Assembly: GCA_002269645.1 (NCBI GenBank) | Contig: NIVC01001767.1 | Location: 62,001 to 126,000 of the forward strand | Direction of reading: 5' to 3' | Source: Macrostomum lignano | Lineage: Eukaryota | Length of the DNA stretch: 64,000 nucleotides | Shown here: positions 55,062-64,000 of the stretch, one piece after another | Numbering within the stretch: position 1 is the first letter of the stretch | Layout: each line of letters starts with the position of its first letter | Notes under the pieces: generated by a model | Databases searched by the model: none | What the model saw: only the letters and a program-made list of their open reading frames with translations | What the model was told of the DNA's origin: nothing | Translations under genes and position numbers: made by a program

Positions 55062-55440
55062 GCTTCACACAAGCTCGAAGTTTTACAAGCTCAAAGTTTT
55101 ACAAGCTCGAAGCTTCACACAAGCTCGAAGCTTCACACAAGCTCAAAGCTTCACACAATCTCAAAGCTTCACACAAGCTCAAAGCTTCACACAAGCTCAA
55201 AGCTTCACACAAGCTCGAAGCTTCACACAAGCTCAAAGCTTCACACAATCTCAAAGCTTCACACAAGCTCAAAGCTTCACACAAGCTCAAAGCTTCACAC
55301 AAGCTCGAAGCTTCACACAAGCTCGAAGCTTCACACAAGAAAGCTCGAAGCTTCACACAAGAAAGCTCGAAGCTTTACACAAGCTCGAAGCTTCACACAA
55401 GCTCGAAGCTTCATACAAGCTCGAAGCTTCGCAAGCTCGA
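55062..55440. repeat. 18-bp near-palindromic minisatellite AAGCTCGAAGCTTCACAC
   Basis: Tandem units upstream of the TNFAIP8 acceptor. Confidence 0.94.
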
Positions 55441-56439
55441 AATTTCACTTCACCTTGTTGAAAACTTCCGTTGGTGATTTCCGTTAGTTCAATAATTAAA
55501 GAACTGGAATGTCGAATGTGTATAATGGACAAACAGTATAGTAATAAGACGAGAACTTACTTATTCAATAAATTCGGTTCACAACTTCAAAAGTTTAGTC
55601 CCTGCTGGGTAGCTCCTCCGGTCGATGAACCGGTTGGTAACAGAAATAATTGAACAGTTTTATGGCTTAATCATCCTATTCTAGGAAATAGAACTCATCT
55701 AGCCTACAGCAGCAGTTGTCTACTCATCTGGACACCAACTGATTATTAATTGATTGAAGTTCAGATATTCTAACGCCATGAAAATATATTTAGCATTAAA
55801 ACAAATTGACAACAGACCAAGTAAGAACAAATTTGCTTTGTTTATTTTCGCATTTCCAAGACAGAAATTATTTTCAAATATTTAGAATGAAATCACAAAG
55901 GCTAAAATCGATATAAGAAATAACAACTAGGCTTTAATTCTCTCTACGCACTACTGCTAATAAGTAGCATAATGTTGAGAGCTGACAGACGCAAGTAAGA
56001 AAAAAACAGCAAGAAATTATAAATAATCAATCAATCAGTTCTAGGCAATCAAATTTAATATGAATTGTAATTTAAAGAAAAAAACAAGACTTGGCAGCAG
56101 CTTCTATCGAATTTTTAGCGCAACAAATCTACACCGTTTTAATATATAGCATACAGAACACTTTTGTTGGCCCCAAAATAAGTAGATAATAATTTTTTAC
56201 ATAAAACTTTTGTTCTGCCAAAACGAATAAGATTGAACTATAAATTCATCAGAAAAAAAGTAACTTTTATAAAATGCTAAAACATTAATTTTTTGGGGTT
56301 TTGCTAATGAATTTTTATATTAAAAACGGCCCTTTTCATGGCTGTTTTTTTCAAAAAGCTTTCTACTGCTACGGTAAATTTAAAGACACACTAACCATTC
56401 TTAAATTTGGAATTCAGAAAAGATCAAATTCAAAGACGG

Positions 56440-57580
56440 GACTGTCTAGTTCAGAGACGGGACTGTCCAGTTCAGAGACGGACTATCCAGTTCAGAGACG
56501 GGACTGTCCAGTTCAGAGACGGGACTGTCCAGTTCAGAGACGGGACTATCCAGTTCAGAGACGGGACTGTCCAGTTCAGAGACGGGACTGTCAAGTTTAA
56601 AGACACAATTGCCAATTTCAAGAGACGGGACTGTCAAGTTTAAAGACACAATTGCCAATTTCAAGAGACGGGACTGTCAAGTTTAAAGACACAATTGCCA
56701 ATTTCAAGAGACGGGACTGTCAAGTTTAAAGACACAATTGCCAATTTCAAGAGACGGGACTGTCAAGTTTAAAGACACAATTGCCAATTTCAAGAGACGG
56801 GACTGTCAAGTTTAAAGACACAATTGCCAATTTCAAGAGACGGGACTGTCAAGTTTAAAGACACAATTGTCAATTTCAAGAGACGGGACTGTCAAGTTTA
56901 AAGACACAATTGTCCATTTCAAGAGACGGGACTGTCAAGTTTAAAGACACAATTGCCAATTTCAAGAGACGGGACTGTCAAGTTTAAAGACACAATTGCC
57001 AATTTCAAGAGACGGGACTGTCAAGTTTAAAGACACAATTGTCCATTTCAAGAGACGGGACTGTCAAGTTTAAAGACACAATTGTTCATTTCAAGAGACG
57101 GGACTGTCAAGTTTAAAGACACAATTGTTCATTTCAAGAGACGGGACTGTCAAGTTTAAAGACACAATTGTCCATTTCAAGAGACGGGACTGTCAAGTTT
57201 AAAGACACAATTGTTCATTTCAAGAGACGGGACTGTCAAGTTTAAAGACACAATTGCCAATTTCAAGAGACGGGACTGTCAAGTTTGAAGACACAATTGC
57301 CAATTTCAAGAGACGGGACTGTCAAGTTTAAAGACACAATTGCCAATTTCAAGAGACGGGACTGTCAAGTTTAAAGACACAATTGCCAATTTCAAGAGAC
57401 GGGACTGTCAAGTTTAAAGACACAATTGCCAATTTCAAGAGACGGGACTGTCAAGTTTAAAGACACAATTGCCAATTTCAAGAGACGGGACTGTCAAGTT
57501 TAAAGACACAATTGCCAATTTCAAGAGACGGGACTGTCAAGTTTAAAGACACAATTGTCAATTTCAAGAGACGGGACTGT
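56440..57580. repeat. 21-bp AGTTCAGAGACGGGACTGTCC array switching to a 43-bp array (AAGTTTAAAGACACAATTGCCAATTTCAAGAGACGGGACTGTC)
   Basis: Switch near 56590; both units share AGAGACGGGACTGTC. Confidence 0.96.
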
Positions 57581-57673
57581 CCTCTTCAAAATTGAAAGCA
57601 TTTAAACTACGTTGACAGAAAGTTACGACATAATCAATATCAGAGTCGAATCAAGGCGGACAACAGGACCAAA

Positions 57674-58642
57674 TCAAAACTTTAGCCTCTGCTTCAATCG
57701 GTTTTTAAACACAGCCGGAGCAATGGCCAGCAGAGCCAGTACAGCAAGTATGGAGACACTGCGCCACGTGACTGTCTCAGATGTTGACGCCAATTTTTGC
57801 AAAGTCTGCCCACCTTGAATAGCAAAGACAGATGGCGGCATTACGCCAAAGAATGTGCCGATAAAAAATGGCACTAGCGACACGCCGACTATAGGCGAGG
57901 CCAAATTAATAAACCAATTAGGCAGGAAAGGAGTTATTCTTAGAAACAATATATAGTTGAACAGGTGCTCGCGATGCTCAGCTACCTCGGTTGCCCAACT
58001 GGATATTCTATTAGCAACATGTTTGTGAAGCAGCGGTCTCAATGCCAGGTAAGACAGTAGATAGCAGAACGAAGCGCCAATAGCTGAACAGGTGCAAACT
58101 AGAGTCAAAGCCAGCGGCAGAGGAAACAAATAACCAGACAATATGCTTAGAAAGATTGACCCGGGTATAGCAAATGTCTGCAGAAACACGTAGGTAATAG
58201 CCAGGCCAATTAGCACCTGAGCAAAGTAAGTACTCTTGTACTTGTACAACAGATTGCCTAATTGTTTGGCATCGTCAAGCGTTGCCGGCAATCGAAGCAA
58301 TTGGCTCTCCTCGGCTGTGAATGGCGGCATGTTTAAATAGAGGATGTACATGAGTAGCAAGGCCATGGAAAAGATGGCCCCAAGCCACAGGACAGCTCTG
58401 CGAGTGTCGCCCTTTCTATAGACGTACGCAGCTGAAGCTGCAGCCGAACTGTTTGCTTCATCGGCTGGCTCGGAATGAATTGGATCGCGAGGCGTCACGC
58501 CGAAGGTACGTCTTCTACTACTACTGTAACTAGTAGTAGAGTCAGAAATAGCTTCTCCACCAACGAGGCTTTCACTGGTCACTTTTTTGTTATTATCTTT
58601 GGCGTTTGACTCGACAGAATTGGGTTTGGAAGATTTAGGCAT
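57674..58642 (-). CDS. TMEM41B: Transmembrane protein 41B / stasimon (VTT/DedA domain), intronless
   Basis: 322-aa ORF with YVFLQTFAIPGSIFLSILSGYLF, LRITPFLPNWFINLASPIV and FFIGTFFGVMPPS. Confidence 0.93.
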   Translation of the reverse strand: MPKSSKPNSVESNAKDNNKKVTSESLVGGEAISDSTTSYSSSRRRTFGVTPRDPIHSEPADEANSSAAASAAYVYRKGDTRRAVLWLGAIFSMALLLMYILYLNMPPFTAEESQLLRLPATLDDAKQLGNLLYKYKSTYFAQVLIGLAITYVFLQTFAIPGSIFLSILSGYLFPLPLALTLVCTCSAIGASFCYLLSYLALRPLLHKHVANRISSWATEVAEHREHLFNYILFLRITPFLPNWFINLASPIVGVSLVPFFIGTFFGVMPPSVFAIQGGQTLQKLASTSETVTWRSVSILAVLALLAIAPAVFKNRLKQRLKF

Positions 58643-58984
58643 CTGCGTGGTTGCAAAATGTTCTTTGTTACTGATATTAAATCAATTATCGCACTGTGCT
58701 CAATGATGCCAGTTGCCAATATCACTGAAATTGGTAAAGAATTGGCGCTTAGCTGTTTGAAGTTAAAAGTACAGGCGCCTATCAGTAGTAAATATAGAAA
58801 TGAAAATTTGCTGAAATAACCGTATAAAAACTGGGCATTATTAAAAGGCACACAGGAGTACTTAAATTTATTGTTGTATTTTGTAATAAAATTACGATAT
58901 AAATAGCAAACTCGTTGGCAATGTCAAATCAGATCAGATGAAACAGAAAGGAAAAAAGAAGTTTCCAATAGTTGAAAACGAGAG

Positions 58985-59395
58985 GGAGAGGCATACAGGA
59001 GAGATGGGAGAGAAGAGGGAGAATAGAGAGACGGGAGAGGAGAGAGACGGGAGAGGGAGAGGAGAGGGAGAGGCAGAGAGACGGGAGAGGAGAGAGACGG
59101 GAGAGGGAGAGGAGAGGGAGAGGCAGAGAGAGACGGGAGAGGAGAGAGACGGGAGAGGAGAGAGACGGGAGAGGAGAGAGACGGGAGAGGAGAGAGACAG
59201 AAGAGAAAGACGGGAGAGGAGAGAGACAGAAGAGAGAGACGGGAGAGGAGAGAGACAGAATAGAGAGACGGGAGAGGAGAGAGAAGGGAGAGGAGAGAGA
59301 CGGGAGAGGAGAGAGAAGGGAGAGGAGAGAGACGGGAGAGGAGAGAGACGGGAGAGGAGAGAGACAGAAGAGAGAGACGGGAGAGGAGAGGGACA
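58985..59395. repeat. GA-rich satellite (GAGAGACGGGAGAGGA) between RPAP3 and TMEM41B
   Basis: Starts ~40 nt past the RPAP3 stop codon. Confidence 0.94.
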
Positions 59396-59435
59396 GCAGG
59401 GCTACACAGTCAGCCAATCAGAAGCCGGGCGTGAG

Positions 59436-62142
59436 TCAAACAGCATGGGGAACGCCATAGGCAGCGGCCAGCCGTGTCAAATCGTACTGAGCATCGCCAG
59501 CAGCGGTCAGAGGCTGCAGCAGGCCAGTCAGCTGACTGATCAGCTGGGCCAGCTGACCCAGCTCGCCGGAGCTGAGAAATGCAACGCAGGTGGCGAACCG
59601 CCTGACCCTGTCAGCGATGAGCCGCAGGCACTGGTAGACCCTGGGCGCGATAGCCGGATCGGCGCTCAGGCCAGCCTGGAACGCGCCGGCCATGTCCAGC
59701 AGGGCGTCGGATTCCAAGGATTCGCCGATCAGAGCCGGCAGCCGGTCTGGAGGCACGGCGCACAGCACGCTGGTGCAGAATGCTAGCGGATCGCGGCGGC
59801 CCAGGCTGCGGTAGGCCGACTTGAACTGGTAGGGCGTCTCCGGGGGCGCCGGCAGCGGCTCCGGCTGAGTCTGCTGGGCAGCTGGCGGCTTGCTGGATGA
59901 CGAGCTGGAAATTGGCGAGGGTAAGCAAAGTAAATTAAGGTAAAAATCTCTCTTTTGGAATGAAAACATAATTCTTGCACTGAACACTTTTTCACAGATG
60001 GAAGATCAAAGCTTTGATTCCATAGTGGAAGCCTTCGATAGTGGAAACTGGAAGCTTATTCTACTACAGTGGAAGTTTCTTCTACTACAATGGAAGCTGG
60101 AAGCTTATTCTACTACAGTGGAAGCTTATTCTACTACAGTGGAAGCCTATTCTACTACAGTGGAAGCTTATTCTACTACAGTGGAAGCTTATTCTACTAC
60201 AGTGGAAGCTGGAAGGTTATTCTACTACAGTGGAAGCTTATTCTACTACAATGGAAGCTGGAAGGTTATTCTACTACAGTGGAAGGTTATTCTACTACAG
60301 TGGAAGCCTATTCTACTACAGTGGAAGCTTATTCTACTACAGTGGAAGCTTATTCTACTACAGTGGAAGCTTATTCTACTACAGTGGAAGCCTATTCTAC
60401 TACAGTGGAAGCTTATTCTACTACAGTGGAAGCTTATTCTACTACAGTGGAAGCTTATTCTACTACAGTGGAAGCCTATTCTACTACAGTGGAAGCTTAT
60501 TCTACTACAGTGGAAGCTTATTCTACTACAGTGGAAGCTTATTCTACTACAGTGGAAGCTTATTCTACTACAGTGGAAGCTAATTATACTACAGTGGAAG
60601 CTGGAAGCTTATTCTACAGAGAAATACTGTTGGTAGATTGTATAACACTGACTACAAAACTGTTTTGAGAGAAACTTGAAGAAAATAATCCAGCTTACTG
60701 TGTCACTCCAGACTGAGCTGAACTTTGATCAGCAGCAGTTAATACTGGCTGCTCCGTCTGAACCGTTTTCGATTCATCCTTTGCCGTACGTTCTGAAGTC
60801 GCCGTAGCAACAGGTGTTACCTGGGCCGCTTTGACCGCGGACACCTCTTGAATTGGTACACGAACTAGCGGCTTTTGAGATCTCTGGCTAACTGGCTTAT
60901 CAAATATTGGTTCCACCTCTCCGGTGGCGTATTTCTCCGGGTGCAAATCTATTCGAAGCTGTTTCACCTCCGATTGCAACGCTTTGTTGTTGGGCTCTAG
61001 GGCCAGGGCTTCTTCTAAGTCGCGCAGAGCGTCTGGCAGCTTGCCGAGTTTCTGGCGCGCCTGGCCGCGTCTGTGGAGAGAATTCGGTGCTGAAGGCCAT
61101 GGAGCTTTTGCTAACAAGGATATGTCAGCCTTGTATGTGATATACCTGGATTATCTACCAATCTCTAAACAGGCTTAGCTACCAAATATCTAAACAGGCT
61201 TAGCTACCAAATATCTAAACAGGCTTAGCTACCAAATATCTAAGCAGGCTTAGCTACCAAATATCTAAGCAGGCTTAGCTACCAAATATCTAAGCAGGCT
61301 TAGCTACCAAATATCTAAACAGGCTTAGCTACCAAATATCTAAGCAGGCTTAGCTACCAAATATCTAAGCAGGCTTAGCTACCAAATATCTAAACAGGCT
61401 TAGCTACCAAATATCTAAACAGGCTTAGCTACCAAATATCTAAACAGGCTTAGCTACCAAATTAGCAATTCTTGTAACTAAATATGTTTAGTATGTAATA
61501 AGCCCACCTGTAATAAGCTTTAACCATTTTGGCATCCAATTCCAGGGCAGAGCAGCAGTCGGCCTCAGCGGCTGCAAATCGCTCCAATTTCAACAGCGCC
61601 ATCGCTCGATTACAAAAGTACACAGCAGACTCGGGGTTCAACTGAGTCGCCTTGGTGTACAACTCAACTGCGTCTTCAAATTTGCCAGCTTTGAAAGCCT
61701 CATTGCCAGCAGCTTTCTTTGACTCTGCCAGCTGCTTTCGTCGCTCCTCTTCCCATTCTTCATCAGTTTCGTATTCCTCATCGGAGGCTGGCTTCGCGGC
61801 GTCAACCTCTTCGCAAGCTTTGTCAACATCGAATTTATCCCAAGCTTTATAATCGTAGGCTGCAATCTTCTTCTTCTGTTGTTGCTGCTGCTCAGCAGCT
61901 TCCTGCTTGCTTTTGGGCTTCTTCTTGTACTTTTTCTTCATTAGACTGTTTCTGACTGGGGGCAGATTCTCGCTGGAGCCATTCTGTTGCTGTTGCTGCT
62001 GCTGCTGCAAGTTCAGCAGAGATTTTTCGCGTCTCTTATCGAGCTCGGCCTTCCAAGAGTCCAGCTCGCTGACAAACTCCAAGTAATCCTGATTGTTCTG
62101 CTTAATTTGGCCTTGCAGTTCCAGAAACTTTTTTGCGTCCAT
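59436..62142 (-). CDS. RPAP3: RNA polymerase II-associated protein 3 / Spaghetti (R2TP co-chaperone)
   Basis: Exons 62142-61508, 61070-60699, 59904-59436 (phases 2/2). N-terminal LQGQIKQNNQDYLEFVSELDSW and YDYKAWDKFDVDKACEEVD. One TPR triplet (KAAGNEAFKAG..YFCNRAMA..KAYYR|RGQARQKLG..DLEEALALEP). RPAP3_C motif PPETPYQFKSAYRSL. Confidence 0.92.
60045..60615. repeat. 21-bp minisatellite GTGGAAGCTTATTCTACTACA (RPAP3 intron 2)
   Basis: Tandem units; source of the VEAYSTT / LILLQWK ORFs. Confidence 0.96.
61165..61460. repeat. 25-bp minisatellite AAACAGGCTTAGCTACCAAATATCT (RPAP3 intron 1)
   Basis: About 12 tandem units. Confidence 0.96.
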
Positions 62143-62873
62143 TTTTGGGTTTCGTTCTTAGAGCTAATAGGGTTCATAAGTGATTTTTAAATGACAATTA
62201 GTTATAGATACGCATATACTAAAAAAATTCTAACAAAAATAAAAGTTAATCTTTGCAGCACTAATAATAAGTACTTTGCCCAATAGGTCTAAAACTGCTC
62301 ACAACATGGCATTATGCAAGAATTATTTTTCTTTTTTTTGATAATTGTCCTTTTGAAGCGCAGTCTAGCAGTCATGTCCATACTTTGTGCAACCTCTCTG
62401 ATTCTGTATATAATTTTGGATAAAAAGCAAGAGCAACTATGACTGTATAAGTCAGGACAAATTGTCTACTACATTGGTATTTTTGGGTGGGATTAGTGGG
62501 AATTTTTTGTGACTTACTTCGCAGTTTGTCTGGATACCATGCTAGCTGGTCAGATTAACTGGCTTAGCTAGATGTTGCATATGTATGGTTATGTTTAGAC
62601 TACTAACTTCACTTTTCTAGACTAATATTTTTCTCCTAGGATATAGTCTTATTCTTTTAGGTTTGTCATATTACCTATATCTAAACTATTTTATGAATAA
62701 GCCCTATAGAATTGGTTCTGCAATATACAAAGAAATATTTCTACATATACTATTCTAAATAATTTATAATATTCTATTAAGAAATATTTTATGTATATCT
62801 AGCCAAAAAGCCTCTACCTTTGCCTACTATAGATGGTAGGGACTTAAGTCGCTTTCCTAAAACTTTTTGAAAC

Positions 62874-63179
62874 CAGGGGCAGATTTGGGAGGGGGCAACT
62901 GCCTCCCTCCCCAATAGCTTGATAAAACATTTTGTGCCGCCCAAAAACCTAAGTTTGTGCCTTTTAAACTTAATTTTTTGCCCCTAAACACATTTTTTGT
63001 GCCCTTAAACTCAACTTTGCACCTTCTACATGCATTTTTGCATCTCTAAGCTTAACTTTTTGCCTTTTATATGCATTTTTACCCCTTACATTCAAAATTG
63101 GCACCTTTTATACTCATGTTGGTGCCCCAAACTTGTACCACTCCTCCTCACCCAAAATGAAACTCTAGATCTGCTACTG
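62874..63179. mobile_element. hAT-type MITE upstream of RPAP3
   Basis: Termini CAGGGGCAGATTT / AGATCTGCTACTG. Flanks TTTGAAAC and CTTGAAAC (7/8). Internal TTTGTGCC subrepeats. Confidence 0.75.
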
Positions 63180-64000
63180 CTTGAAACTGATAATATTCTT
63201 TCTTTTTGCTATTTTATCCCCTACCTAGAAAATTCTCTTTCAAGTCTTAGTTATTAAATAGCCAATATTACTAGATATAAGAAATGTATTTCTATAACCA
63301 TATTTATATCTATATGTTCTACTAAAAATATTTAATATGTATAACTATAAACTCATTAAATTATATTTAGTATAATATCATTACTTTTAGCTAAAATATC
63401 ATCATAGACAAAGGTATTATAATCAATTTCAATTAGCTTAATACAAATTCTACTTGAAAGTTTTAGATTAAAAATTAAATACTATATTAGTTTAGACCTT
63501 TTATTAGATTGGTCTAATCAAACCTAATGTTAGATAGGCCTAGCCTATGAAGATAAGGCAATAGGCTAAAAGTGTATTAAATGAAATATATTAAAACTAG
63601 AGATAAAAGATGTTTTTAAATAGAATAGGCCTAGGCTAGGCTAGATGGCCTTAGAGACTAAAAGCTAGCAATAAAAACTAAATTTATTTTTAGTTCCTTA
63701 GCATTTGGGAGATATTAGTGCAGCTTTGTTAGCAAATTTATTTTTCTTTTGACTTTGTGCCAGTTTTGATGATTGATAATGCTGACAACATTTCAATGTC
63801 ATAGTTACATTGGTTAGCAATATTTCACAAAAATATTTTTCATTTAAATTTGCATCAGTGCCAAGGATTTGAATCAATGATTTGAGTGATAATGCTAACA
63901 TGGCAAAGAAGTCTACCCTGTGAGTTATCAATGGCCCAAAGGGATGGTGCCTAATAATTGCTGAGTAGGGGGAGAGGAATACCAGAAAGCATTTTTATTA

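Noticed and set aside
59998-60668. VEAYSTT / LILLQWK / SLFYYSG ORFs
   Set aside because: 21-bp array in RPAP3 intron 2, on the opposite strand.
63300-64000. AT-rich terminal region and 77-aa ORF 63698-63931
   Set aside because: No homology or splice support visible; left unannotated.

Overview
Intron-rich animal genomic DNA, not prokaryotic; the poly-Q exons and satellite-filled introns suggest a flatworm such as Macrostomum (inference only). Six host genes could be assembled by hand with consistent splice phases. On +: the 3' part of a Stac-like SH3 adaptor (to 12328) and an ARHGEF17-like RhoGEF (15702-44950). On -: an unrecognised 504-aa gene with duplicated exons (48526-51496), TNFAIP8-like, intronless TMEM41B and RPAP3. 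Two young retrotransposons sit in consecutive introns that split the RhoGEF DH domain: a Ty3/gypsy element (204-bp LTRs, 1 mismatch, 5-bp TSD) and a 5'-truncated LOA/R1-type LINE with an intact APE-RT-RNaseH ORF2 (10-bp TSD). There are also several ~300-510 bp MITEs with 8-bp TSDs, a tRNA-derived SINE, and about 30 distinct tandem arrays. The most notable pattern is that almost every long intron and every gene 3' end has its own private minisatellite. Several arrays start at a splice donor or stop codon and resemble the adjacent sequence, and some are built from splice-site-like motifs. Most long ORFs in the supplied track are satellite read-through artefacts.
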